A stretch of DNA of 64,000 nucleotides from Mobula hypostoma (lineage: Eukaryota), in contig NC_086097.1 in assembly GCF_963921235.1 (NCBI RefSeq), forward strand, positions 8,866,001 to 8,930,000, in the 5' to 3' direction. Under the pieces are notes generated by a model that was given only the letters and a program-made list of their open reading frames with translations, did not search any database and was not told where the DNA came from. The stretch's first letter is position 1. Every line of letters starts with the position of its first letter. Positions 38,376 to 50,903 of the stretch are shown here, piece by piece. The position numbers and the translations under genes are program-made.

Positions 38376-38602
38376 AGATAAGTATCTATTTGTTAAATGT
38401 TTATTTTTGTTGCGTGAGTTGAGGAGACGCAATACGGTACCTGCTGAGTTTGAAGTCTTCTGATTGTTTAGTATTGAGTCTTCATAACTTGGGGTAGCTT
38501 AGATGTTTGCTCAAATGTTTTGCTGTTTGTCTGCAAATAAATCACTAATGTGTTTACTTGCAATCAGTGTCTTCTGTCTCACTTACCTGCATACCTGTAA
38601 CA
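38077..38602 (+). mobile_element. Solo LTR of a different family, 526 bp
   Basis: TGTAG...TAACA termini; 5 bp TSD tataa (38072-38076, 38603-38607); AATAAA at ~38536. Confidence 0.7.
38335..38373. repeat. (CA)n microsatellite
   Basis: Uninterrupted CA run. Confidence 0.98.
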
Positions 38603-39179
38603 TATAAACAGAATTCACCATGGCAACCACTCAGGGTATTATTTTGTCAACCCTTCTGAATCATTTATTATCTGAAACTCATAACCCATGTCAATTTGAT
38701 CGACATAATTTTCCATTTTGATTTATCATCTCCATTACTTTTGTCTGATAGAGGCTTATTTGATATCCAACCAAAGGCAGCTGGTTGCTGGTTTGGAAAT
38801 AGAGGAGGGTTGAAGACAATGGGATTGGGCTGGAACACTGCAAAATAAATGGGATGGGTTTATATTATTGTGAAGATGGAGAGAAGAGACTGAAGTTTAC
38901 AAGAAGACTGGTTTACGAAGGCAAGGATGATTGGAACAAGAGAAGGAGCCAAATTCTTTTCCTCTTGACCACAAGAAATATTGATAGGTATTTTACCTGT
39001 TAGATTTATGAGATCCAACCACCCTTCAGTTGCTGAGTTTCCCCAAGCCCTGAGAAATCCAATGTGGCTGAACCATTTTCAGAATAACCACTGATATCAT
39101 TTGAGGCTGTAAATCAGAATTAACCATCAGGCAACCTTTTCTAAATCCTAGATTTAGTACAGTTTTAATTACATTTGAT

Positions 39180-39304
39180 AAACACGAGAAATTCTGCAGA
39201 TGCTGGAAATCCAGAGCAACACACACAAAATGCTGAAGGAATTCAGCAGGTCAGGCAAATGAATAAGCAGTCAACATTTTAGGCTGAGACCCTTCCTCAG
39301 GACC
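39180..39304 (-). mobile_element. Single PLE 3' arm with tail
   Basis: aaacacgagaaattctgcagatgctggaaatcc...gagacccttcctcaggac; truncated right at the 5' edge of the hammerhead. Confidence 0.8.
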
Positions 39305-39514
39305 TGTTCGGGCCACTTTATCATTTAGAAACATCTGTTGAACTCTTTCTCAGGGAAGGCAATGTTCCTCTACCTCACCCTTACACTTTTATAGGAATAA
39401 TTTCAGATGGAATGGAAGCTTTCATCTCTAAGAATACGAAGAACATCTCTATAAGTGTAGCTAGATTGAAGATTTTTGGTTCTTTCAAGTATTTACCAAT
39501 TATGGTAATTATAC

Positions 39515-40018
39515 CTTTACGAGAATGAAGAGTATACTGACCAATACTAAACTAGGCATGACAACCTGCCTCAGAGTACTGAAATGTTACATTTATCCAG
39601 TTATGTTATATGGCTCAGAATGTTGGACAATATCTAGGAACATGAGGAAACGAATTGAAGCAGCAGAGATGTGGTTTTTGAGGAGGATGGAAAGAATATC
39701 ATGGATGAAACAAATATCTAACGAGGATGTCATGAACAGAGCAAACACAAAAAGAGAAATAATGTATGAGTTCATGAAAAGGCAAAGTAACTTCACTGGA
39801 TGTGTGATTAGGAAAGAGGAGCTAGAATGTATGGTAATTATGGGAAAGATTGAAGGGAAGAAAGCAAGAGGAAGACGAAGACAAATGATGATGGAGACAG
39901 CAGCCAGAGAACTGGAAATGAATACTGTACCAATGAATTGATCCACTTGACCCGAAACAGGAGTGTGTGGGCCATGGCAGTCAAAGCTCAAACTGGGCAC
40001 GGCACCTGATGATGATGA
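39515..40018 (+). mobile_element. RTE-clade LINE 3' end
   Basis: ORF 39525-39941 (VMLYGSECWT...IEAAEMWFLRRMERISW...GKIEGKKARGR); (gat)n tail. Confidence 0.9.
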
Positions 40019-40189
40019 CAAAGCAGTGCACTGCCATAAAACATCTCCACATATTTGGTGAGCCAAGCGCACCGAGAGGGTTTGGGGAGAAAATGCAAAG
40101 ATTTTTTTCATATTTACCTTAGTTTTGGTAACAAGAATTGTATCAAGGACTGCAGGCTTTTAAATAATACATATCTATTCAGTGGAAAT

Positions 40190-40869
40190 GAGGGAGGAGA
40201 AGATGGCGGTGCGATGCTGCGCGCACGGCCTCTCTGGTGAAATGATATCGTATTTGTAAAATAGGGGCTGTGCACAATCCTGATTTGATGGAGACGGACA
40301 TAAGAAGCACAGAAGAACATCTGGAGAAACTTCTGAAATGCCCGGTTCGCTGCCACTGCAATTGTGCAATCGAGAATCTCCGGAGGGATCCTTGGCTTTG
40401 CCTGTTGCTGACGGCTGGGATTGGGGTCAAAGCGCTCGGCAGAGGTGATGGTCGGTGCTCCGTGTCAGAGGGCTGGTTGGAGGCTCAAAGTTTTCGGACG
40501 GACTGAGAGTTGGACTGTGGTTGGGTGCTTCCAGGATGCTGCATCGGCAAGTTTCCGGCGCTGGAAGCTCATGACAGGGAGAGTTTTCTTCCTTCTACCG
40601 TCTGCGTGAGACGTTTGGACTTTCGAGAGACTTTGAGATTTTTTTTACCGTGCCCATGGTCTGTTCTTCTATTAAATTACGGTATTGCTTGCACTGTTGT
40701 AACTATATGTTATAATTATATGGATATTGTCAGTTTTTCAGTCTTGGTCTGTCTTGTGTTTCTGTGATATCACACTGGAGGAACATTGTATCACTTCTTA
40801 ATGCATGCATTACTAAATGACAATAAAAGAGGACTGCGCCTCCTCATAATCTAATCTAATCTAATCTAA
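40190..40869 (+). mobile_element. Family A, copy 4
   Basis: GAGGGAGGAGAAGATGGCGG start; (atctaa)n tail. Confidence 0.85.
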
Positions 40870-41142
40870 CCTAGTAACTCAAGGAACAAGGTAACTTTCA
40901 CAAGTCATCCTAAAGTTCAGGCTCACCAGAGAAGTACTTTTAAGTTTTTGTTTTCAGGCAGAAAATACAGTTGCTGTTCTCAGAATAGCTGCAGATCATA
41001 AATGGCATGATCTGTTTTTGTAGTATTATTTGGGAAGAGCAAGATAACTTTTTTGTATTGGTTAAGATAGTATCATGTCACCTTACAGCATTACAGACAA
41101 CTGCCACAATATAAGAGGTTTAGCATGAAAGAGGTACATATT

Positions 41143-42380
41143 CAGCTTTCAGACAATGGGGTTTGAACGGTCTTCTGCACATTAAGGATTTGTATACTGA
41201 TAACATATTTGATAGTTTTGATTACCTGCGCGGTAAGTATGGCCTTCCGCATAATCATTTTTTTAAATACCTGCAGATTCGCCACTTTGTCAAGGAAAAA
41301 TTTCCCTCTTTTCCTGATCTACCACCTGCTATGTTATGGGAAAAACTCACTCTTAGCTTTAACAATAAAGGGCTGATCTCTGAACTATACTCTCAGCTGA
41401 TGTCTTTGGGAGTTCAAGATCTAAACAAAGCTAAGAGTAGGTGGGAGGATGACCTCGGTATGGATCTGGCTGAGGAATATTGGGCAAAAGTATTGAATAG
41501 GGTTCATTTCTCATCATCATGTGCTAGACTGGGGCTCATACAATTTAAAGTTTTACACAGGGTACATTTAAGTAAAGCCAGACTTGCAGACATATACCCT
41601 GGGACAGACGTTGGCTGTGACAGGTGTTCCTTCTCTCCGGCTGGTTTATTGCATGCATTTTGTTCATGCCCTCGGCTTGATGACTATTGGGCACTGGTTT
41701 TTAAAATTATCAGTGAGGTTTTGGGGCTGACACTGAGACCTTGCCCGCTTATACCTGTATTTGGTGTGGCAGATGATGATTTGAGTTTAAATGCAAGCCA
41801 GTCGGATATCATTGCATTTACATCACTATTGGCCCGTAGGAGAATTTTGCTGGTTTGGAAATCTGCCACTCCCCCAACTGCTGCTGCTTGGTTAGAAGAT
41901 GTAATGTTTTTTCTGAAATTAGAAAAGATTAAATTCACTTTGAGGGGGTCTGTGAAAAAGTTCTATTGGAAATGGGGACCATTCTTATCATATTTTGGGA
42001 GTCTTAAGGAATTACCTACTAGTTGAGGGCATTTGGTTGTACTTGGGAAGTTGCCTCCCATTTAACAGGCTTATAATTTACCTCACAGGGTGGTTGATGA
42101 ATTGTAAATATGAGTGTATTTTGGATCATCTGACATGTTGCAGATGTGTGTGAGCCATCGTCTTGAAGTAGTGTGGGGGTATGGTTGTGAAATGTCCGTA
42201 CTTGTATTTGTGAACTGTTGTGTTGTAAATATATTAGCTGCCATGATATGTTTGGGGAGGGTGGGTGCAGGGAGGTTTGTTTGGGGGTACGATATAAAAG
42301 CAAAATGGAGGAAAATGTAATCTATTATATATTCGGTATTGTGTCATTCCTTCAATAAAAATTTAAAAACTTTTAAAAAA
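41143..42380 (+). mobile_element. 5'-truncated L1-clade LINE (ORF2 C-terminus, 3' UTR, A-tail)
   Basis: Uninterrupted ORF to 42026 with FFKYLQIRHF, QFKVLHR and CDRC...H...C motifs; AATAAA at 42354; 16 bp TSD gaaagaggtacatatt (41127-41142, 42381-42396). Confidence 0.93.
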
Positions 42381-43944
42381 GAAAGAGGTACATATTGTAT
42401 TTCCATATTTCTGGTTTGGTTGTATCTTACATCTAGATAAGAGGCAAGGGCTCATGTATTTTTCCATAGACTGGACTATTAACATTGCTATATTTCATAT
42501 TGAATCAAGAGCCAGGAACTTTTCAATTTCCCATTCCTGGCACTTATAAATAAAAATAAATAATTTCCAGTGCCAAGAATGGGAACGGAACACAAAACTC
42601 AATGGTTGGACAGCAAGCACAGCTCCATTGAGCAACTTCAAAGTTCACAGTAAATTGATTATTGAAGTACCATATACAATCCTGAGATTAATTGTATTGC
42701 GGGCATAGTTAATTAATCTAATAACCGTAATAGAATCAATGAAAGAGCACACCAGCTGGGTGGACAACCAGTGTGCAAAAGACAACAAACTGTGCAAATA
42801 CAAAAAGAAGGGAAGAAAGAAAAATAGTAATAATAATGGAATCAGTTCAGTATTGAGGTGACTGAAGTTATTCCTCTGTTTTAAGAGGCTAATGGTTGAG
42901 GAGTAATAATTGTTCTTGAATACTCCACTATTACAACACAGATAAATTATAATATGTATAATATTACAGGATAAACAAGAAAGAACAATTCACTCAATAG
43001 ATACAGTATATGTCACCACATACAATCCTGAGATTCATTTTCTTGCAGGCATACTTAATAAATCCATGGAATAACAACGATAAAAGGATCAATAAAAGTT
43101 CACACCAACTTGGGTGATCAACCTTCAGTGACTTATGGGTTCAAGGCAGTGATAAAAGACAGTAAAAAGCAGAGGGTTTTTTTTTTCTGTCCACGGACTA
43201 GCAACAAGTCTCATATTTTTCTGTATGCAGCTCAATAGCACCTTCCTTGAAATATTCCTGAAAGTAATTTCAAGCATCCAGTTAAAATATGCACGTTGCT
43301 AATAGGTTACTGATCTTTCTTTGTCATTTATGCTAGTCAAGTAGTTTGTCATGAAGTGTTAAAGGGTCATTATTGCAGCTGCTTCGAGATAGACTGAATT
43401 CAGTGGTCCCCTAAAATTGAAATGTATCCAACAAAATTGTTGGTTTCAAAGAACTGGTGTTAAAATTATTTGACACGCAAGGAACTGAAGTATCAAATTT
43501 CACTCAACTTCATTTGCCCCATCATTGAAATGTTCCCACAACCAATAGATTCACTTTCGTGGATTCTTCATCTCATGTTCTTGATATTTATTGTTTATTA
43601 TTATTATTATTTTTGTTTTGTATTTGCATGGTTTATTGTCTTCAGCACATTGTTTGTTCATCTCTTTTTCATTGATTCTTCAGTGTTTACTGTGAACGCC
43701 CACAATAAAATGAAACTCAGGGTTAGCAACTGATGACATATAGAAACATTGATAATAAATTTACTTTGGACTTTGAACTTTTTGAAAAGTAACGGTTTGT
43801 AATGCAAAGAATTGGAGTGCTAGAAGATAGCTCTTTAAGTTGTTTTTAAAACTGTTCATGCTTTGCTCTTGTTCTGCAAAACTTGAGAATTATTCAAGTA
43901 TGTCTCATAATTTATGCTGGTTCACGATCATTTGCTATGTAATA

Positions 43945-44370
43945 TATTTACTTCCTGTTATTCCTCTGGCGTTTAGGGCAGCTATGAAGGTCCTCCATCT
44001 CTGATGGTGTTCAGGGCTTTGTTAATCACGTCAGCAACTTCCTCTCTGTTTTCACTAGTGTCAGTCACGCAAGTCCCGGGTGAAGACTCAGGAATACCGT
44101 CGCATTCAGATGTAGAAGGATTCTTCATTGCTGTTTTAGTAACAAGTTTGTTTTGCCAGTCAGGGTTGTTAGTGCTGAGCCGAACCCCTGATCCTGGAGG
44201 ACCGATGGACCAGTCTCAGTCTGGCCTCTACCCTTTGACCTACTTGGCATGGGTGACCCTACCAAGAAGCATAACATAAAGCCCTGACTCAAGCCAACAT
44301 AGTTCTCTGGGTCATTGAGGTACTCAAGCGTCCAAATCCTACAACAAGGTTGTGTTTCTCTTGGAAGAGC
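43945..44370 (-). mobile_element. Bipartite RTE-derived non-autonomous element
   Basis: Reverse-complement homolog of 33770-34188. Confidence 0.7.
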
Positions 44371-44798
44371 TACATAATATAGTTATACTTTATTAGTATC
44401 ATATGTGTATATATATATGTATACTTTATTAACATCAATATCAACTAATATTGTAATTTCAATGTTCTTACACTGTAATTATATACTTATTCCTGGGACA
44501 TAAAATATTACTGGAATCCCATTGTGCATAAAAATTGTATCATATGTAATTGACAGTAATTGAGAATTGTTAGAAGAGAAATCTTCATTAAAATTTTACG
44601 AGGGTTTATGAATTGACAACCAACATGCTTACATTTATGACAGACTTTGATCTGCTTCATGTCGGCTTAACCTTCGGGTCGTTGAGATACTACTCATAGT
44701 CTTGGAGAATTATAGCTATAAAGACACTTTAGCCCAGCAGTTACATTTTCGACATAATCCAACCACATAATGTGCCACTTAATCTTTCGGTTTTTCAG

Positions 44799-45172
44799 AC
44801 AAATGTCTAAGATTGCTTTCAAGGTTCACCTGGAGGCCGGCTACTACTCTGAGCTTGCGATGCACAGATTTCTTTCAGGACACACTTAACACCAAGCTGC
44901 TGCTAGGAAGCTCAGAAAGGGATTATACTTTACATTCAAGCCAAGAAGATTTAGAGTCATTGCCGTTGACATCAAAGAGACAGCTGACCTCAGAATATTC
45001 GGCACTTTGGTCCCGCTGTTCAAATGTTGGCTTTGAGCATAGCTGTGTGTATCCAGCTCTCTGCATCAAGACTTCTTATTACATATTGAATGAACCACAT
45101 TCTGCAATTGCCAACAGCTGCTTGATTGCAGCTTACTGGGAGTATTGCTATATTTATGATAATATTAAAGCT
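44799..45172 (+). CDS. Candidate internal exon (unidentified)
   Basis: Acceptor tctttcggtttttcAG, donor GTAAGT, and one frame open throughout in apparently unique sequence. Peptide not recognised. Confidence 0.25.
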
Positions 45173-46124
45173 GTAAGTATGACCAGTTGAATTTAATGTC
45201 ACAAATTACAAATGGCATTGTCTTTCCATTTCAAAATATGAATACATGGTGCGTCATTGGCACCAGCCTACCTGTCAAGGATATATATACAGAAAAATGC
45301 TGGATAAAGGCCAACAATATCATAGAAGATCCCACCCTCCCTGTTTGTGGTCTGTTGGTCCCACTCCCATTAGGGAGAAGACAATATAGTCTCCATATCA
45401 GGACCACCTGACTCAAAAACAGTTCCTTTCTCCAGGTAGGAAGGCTGATTAATACTCCCACCCACTAAGTCCACCACTACTTTAATATTTCCTGTCAGTC
45501 ACTTTATGGTATAATATGGCACTACTGAAGGCATGTGACAGCTTTCTGGCAGATCTAAAGGCAAGAGAATAGACTAATGGCATTACTTATAACATCTTTC
45601 AGGAAGCAAATTGTGGTGAACTATTACCACAAACAGTGAGGAGGCAGGCAGAGGCAAGGCTGGTTCGGGGGATGAGCCAGGTAGACATTGCAAGGCGCAA
45701 TGTGTTCGAGCCGTCGGGTTCACAGACGGCCACTGGAGATGGAGTGAGCGATTTGGCGAGGAGTCGATAAGGAAGAGTTTCGATGACCATCCACCTTACC
45801 CAGATGTAAGGTTGGATAATTCCAGGCACCATCAATTCAGTGCGATTGAGAACTGCTTTGGTCTGGTCGCTCCGGCAGATTGTGGCGTTGGGCGCCCAAG
45901 TGCAGCGTGGTGCTGGAGTGTGGCACGACTCAGTGCTTGGACAGGTTATCACTGGCACAGGCAGTCTGGAAGCCCGACTGTTGGCAACTGAGGTGAGGGT
46001 TGGGCTGATTTTGCTCACACCTCCACGAATGTTTGTTCTTTTCCCCACGGTGCCGAGACTGTGAACTGAGTTTTGGAGCACTGTGAATTTAAGAGTTATA
46101 TACTTTGATAATAAATTAACCTGC

Positions 46125-46748
46125 ATAGATTTCTGGATTATTGAGATCTATTCTGCAGCGGGTGTGACTATACAAAAAGGACGCGTTGCCCTCGTATCCA
46201 TGAGGGACCAATATTCTTCTGGGCAGGTTTACTAGAGCTGTTAGGAATGGTTTAAACTAATATGGCAGGAGGATGTGAACCAGTATGACAGAGCTGAGGA
46301 TGAGTCAGCAGGTTTACAAGTTGATGATGGGTGTAACATGAATGTTAGGAAGGACAAGCCAATGATTGGGTACAAATGCAGACAGAGCAAAGAGTTAAAT
46401 TGTACCACTGAGGCAAAATTCAAAAGGGTGAAGAATGCACAACTGACTGTGCAGTATGTAAATGCGCATACCATTTGTGATAAGGTCGACAGACTTGTGA
46501 TGTAATTAAAGATTGGTCGGTATGACATCATAGGTATCGTTGAATCCTGGCTGGAAAAAGGCCATAGATGGAAGCTTAACATCAATAGATATACTTTGTA
46601 TTGAATGCAATGTTGGCATTTATTTCAAGGGGAATAGAATATAAAAGCAAGGAGGTAATGCTGACAGGTGTATGGGGTTGAGTGGGATCGGGGATCAGCC
46701 ATGATGGAATGGCCTAATATTGCCCCGATGCCTTATGGTCTTATGGAA
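46125..46748 (+). mobile_element. Internally deleted CR1 (ORF1 end, APE start, 3' end) nested in another element
   Basis: YVNAHTICDKVDRL and YDIIGIVESWL resemble the CR1 APE N-terminus; tail cttatggtcttatgg. Confidence 0.7.
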
Positions 46749-48786
46749 CCTTTGCAGCTTTGAACTGATCTGGGTGCTCTGTGTTTACGCCCTGCTGGTG
46801 TGATGAACTGGGACAAGGCTGAGGCTTACTTTGGCTGCTCTGGGACCCGGTCTGGTTCAGAACGATGTTCACTTGCTTTGATTGTTTGCCTGATTTTATT
46901 TTTTTTCTTCTCTCTCTCTCTCTCTCTTTCTCTGCCCAGTGGTTTTTGGTCTTACTTTTAAAAAAAATTATGCTATTCGGCTTTATTGCTTTGTGGCTGC
47001 CTGTAAGCAGACAAATTTCAAGGTGTACATTTTACACATTCTTTGATAGTAAGTGTGCTTTGAATCTTTGAATGTACAACCTAGCATTACTTTATGGACA
47101 TACAATCAATCCATGTACAAAACGCACTCCACCCCCCCACAGAGCTACACCACCACTGCTTTATTATTTCCTGTCAGATTTCATGTATGCACAGTCATTC
47201 CTGTGCCTAGCATCACTTTATGGACGTGCAATCAACCTGTATCTATAAGCTATCTATTTATTTATTTATTGTGTTTTTTATTATTGTGTTCTTTAGCTTA
47301 CTGTGTTGTTCTTGTGTGCTGTATTGGATCTGGAAGGAGAATTATTTCATACTCCTTTTCACTTGAGTATTGGAAATGACATTAAACAATCTTGAATTAT
47401 GGATCTTGAAATTGTATCGGATTGGAGGTAAAATGATTCTGCTTATTCTGGTTGATGCAACACAGGGCCAATAATAAGACCCTCCCTTGGGGAAGCAGCA
47501 AACTATGTGAGAAACACTGAAGGATTATCTCCATCTTCCAGTGCCTTCCTTTTATGTTTCTTCATAAATGTTAACAGTTCCAGAACAATAGTCTCACTTG
47601 GGAATAGCCGTTGAAACCCATTTGCAAAGGCTTTTCATCCCCCATGGGCAATGGCACGAATCAATTTAATAAGAAGTAGGAAGGCTAATGTTGCTCATTG
47701 TTTTGAGATCAAAGAAGATTCATCAAATATTTATTCCTTGGCTGTACTGCTCATTTAATTGCGGGAGTTGGGAACTGAATGTAAAAAGACCATAAGCAGG
47801 AATAGGCACATTCACCCATTGAACCTTCTCTAACATTTCATACGATCCTGGCTGACACAATCTTGCTTTCTCTCCACACGCCCTTGAGTTTCAAAAATCT
47901 GTTTTGAATACACGCAATGAGCCCACCCCCATAGTTCTCTGGGCTACAGAATTACAAAGTATGAATAGGTAAATTGTTTTTTGAACATTACATATAAAGA
48001 GGTACAGCGAAATCTCTGTATTGCATGCCAGCTGCACAAACCATTCCATAGTAGGTAAAACAATAAGAAAATACTGAATAACATTCAAGATTCAAAGTAC
48101 ATTTATTACCAAAGTATATATGCTATATACAATCCTGATACTGCAGATAGCAACGAAACAAAGGAACACTATGGAACTCATTCAAAGAAAACACTCAATG
48201 TGCAAAAATGGGAACAAATCATGCAAACAGCAAAAAGCAATCGAATGCCGCACAGAATATTAAACATCAAACCGCAGAGCCTAGAGATGGTCTAGGAATG
48301 TTCAGCTTAGTTGTGTTCAGTCCAGTTCAATATAGTGCTCTGGCCGTTTGTTGATTGCAACCCGTAGAGACATTCCAGCCCAATCAAAATTGCACGAGAT
48401 AGCAATTAAAAAAAGGAGGAACCAAAAACACATATAAGATGAACTGCAAAGTTCTCCAATGCACAAAAGGTGCCAATCAAACCTTGTCCAAAACCTAAAA
48501 GACTCTGGCACCTTCCTCGGGCAACATCAAGCGGGAGGAAGACAGAGACTGGTCAAATGCAGGTAGATGGAGCTGAAGACCCGCCTGTCTTCCGCTCTTG
48601 TCCTCATTGATTTCAATCTTGTTTGGTGCTTTAATCAATGAGAAATAGAATGGGCTCATGCCACATCTCCCAACCTCTTGGCCTCCAGGCTACACACTCC
48701 GCTCCAACCCTCCCAAAGCACCAGATCACACAATCGGCCCAATAACACCAAATTGAAATCTAAATCACAGATTCCAATTGCATGCA

Positions 48787-48989
48787 ACAGGAATTCTGCA
48801 GATGCTGGAAATTCAAGCAACATACATCAAAGTTGCTGGTGAACGCAGCAGGCCAGGCAGCATCTCTAGGAAGAGGTACAGTTGACATTTCAGGCCTGAC
48901 GAAGGGTCTCGGCCTGAAACGTTGACTGTGCCTCTTCCTAGAGATGCTGCCTGGCCTGCTGCGTTCACCAGCAACTTTGATGTGTGTTG
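48787..48989. mobile_element. PLE-derived fold-back element, young
   Basis: Near-perfect arms; plus-strand core CTGACGAagggtctcggcctGAAAcgTTgact from 48896; 15 bp TSD ttccaattgcatgca (48772-48786, 48990-49004). Confidence 0.93.
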
Positions 48990-49733
48990 TTCCAATTGCA
49001 TGCAGCAGATAACTTGTTGCAGATTATAGGGAAAGTGAAGTGCTTAGACAATAAGACAATAAGTGCAAGACCACATCAAGGTAGATCTCGAGGCCTGCAG
49101 TCCATCTTATCATACTAGGGAACTGTTCAATAACCTTATAGCAGCAGGGAAGAAACTGTCCTAGAACCTGGTGGCATGTGCTTTCAGGCTTTTATATCTT
49201 CTGCCTGATGGGAAGGGGAGAGAAGAGAAAATGTCCCGGGTGGGTAAGATCTTTGACTTTATTGGCCCTTTTACTGAGGCAGTGAGGGGAGCAACCTTCT
49301 GAGCGGAAATAAAAATGTTCTTTCTTAGCCCCATCTTAAATGAGCAGACCCTCATTCTGATACTCAGCAGTGGGTCATGATTGATGAAGGAAGAGGTTGT
49401 TCAAGTGTTTGGCATGCTTTCATGCAATGGCACTCAACCATGCATGATGCCTTCAAGAAAGTGAGGAAAATAAACCTCAAAGTAAATTTTATTATCAAAG
49501 TACATGTCACCACGGACAATCCTGATTCCTTTTCCTGTGGGCATTATCAGCAAGTCTACAGAATAGTAACTATAACAGGATCAATGAAAGATCCAGTAAA
49601 GTGCAGAAGACAACCAACTGTGCAAATGCAAATATAAGTTAACAGTAATACATAACGAGAACATGAAATAACAAGATAAAGTGTTCTTAAAGTGAGATCA
49701 ATAGTTGTGGGAACATCCCAATGGATGGGGAAT

Positions 49734-49919
49734 ACAAAATACTCTGCAGGTGCTGGGGTCCAAGCAACACACACAACACGCTAGAGGAACTCAGCAGGTC
49801 GGGCAGCATCCGTGGAAATGAACAGTCAGCGTTTCGGACCAAGACCCTTCGTACGTTGACTGATCACTTCCACGGATGCTGCCCGACCTGCTGAGTTCCT
49901 CCAGCATGTTGTGCGTGGT
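49734..49919. mobile_element. PLE-derived fold-back element (second subfamily)
   Basis: Inverted arms; 16 bp TSD cca(a/g)tggatggggaat (49718-49733, 49920-49935). Confidence 0.9.
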
Positions 49920-50030
49920 CCAGTGGATGGGGAATCAGGTGCAGTTCAGAAGCCTGATTGTTGTGGGGTAGTAACTGTTCCTGATCCTGATAATGCAAAT
50001 CTTGAGGCTCTTGTATCTTCTATCTGATGG

Positions 50031-50153
50031 CAAGGGATCTGGCCCGAAACGTCGACTGATCGTTTCCACGGATGCTGCCCGACCTGCTGAGTTCCTCCAG
50101 CGTGTTGTGAGTGTTGCTTTGACCCCAGCATCTGCAGAGTATTTTGTGATTTT
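50031..50153 (+). mobile_element. Single PLE 3' arm beginning inside the hammerhead
   Basis: aagggatctggcccGAAAcgTCgactg...cagcatctgcagagtattttgtg. Confidence 0.85.
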
Positions 50154-50227
50154 AAAGTACATGACCTGGCTGGTGAGGGTGTCTGATGCTGCTTTCCTAC
50201 AACAGCGATTCATGTAGATTTTTTTTT

Positions 50228-50903
50228 AGATTAGATTATGAGGACACGCAGTCCTCTTTTATAGTCATTTAGTAATGCATGCATTAAGAAATGATACAAT
50301 GTTCCTCCAGAATGATATCACAGAAACACATGACAAACCAAGACTGAAAAATACTGACAAAAAACACATAATTATAACATACAGTTACAACAGTGCAAAG
50401 CAATACCGTAATTTGATAAAGAACAGACCATGGGCACGGTAAAAAAAAGTCTCAAAGTCTCTCAAAAGTCCCATCATCTCATGCAGATGGTTGAAGGGAG
50501 AAACTCTCCCTGCCATGAGCTTCCAGCACCACAAATTTGCCAACTCAGCATCTTGGAAGCACCCGAACACAGTCTGACTCTGAGTCCGTCTGAAAACTTC
50601 GAGCCTCCGACCAGCCCTCCGACACTGAGCACCGAGCACCATCTCTGCCGAGCGCTTCGACCCCGGCCCCGGGAACAGGCAATAGGCAAAGCCGAGGATT
50701 TGGGGCCTTCCCCTCCAGAGATTCTCGATCGCACAGTAGCAGTGGCAGCAAAGCAGGCATTTCAGAAGTTTCTCCAGATGTTCCTCCTGCTTCTCACGTC
50801 TGTCTCCATCAAGTCAGGATTGTGCACGGTACCTATTTAACAAATACAATATCATTTTAGAGTGGCCGAGCATGCTGCGTCGCCCCGCCATCCTCTCCTC
50901 CCC
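50228..50903 (-). mobile_element. Family A, copy 5
   Basis: Reverse complement; tail agattagattatGAGGACacgcaGTCCTC. Confidence 0.85.

Noticed and set aside
41163..42026. 287 aa ORF as a cellular gene
   Set aside because: It has L1 ORF2 C-terminal motifs, a poly(A) signal, an A-tail and a TSD.
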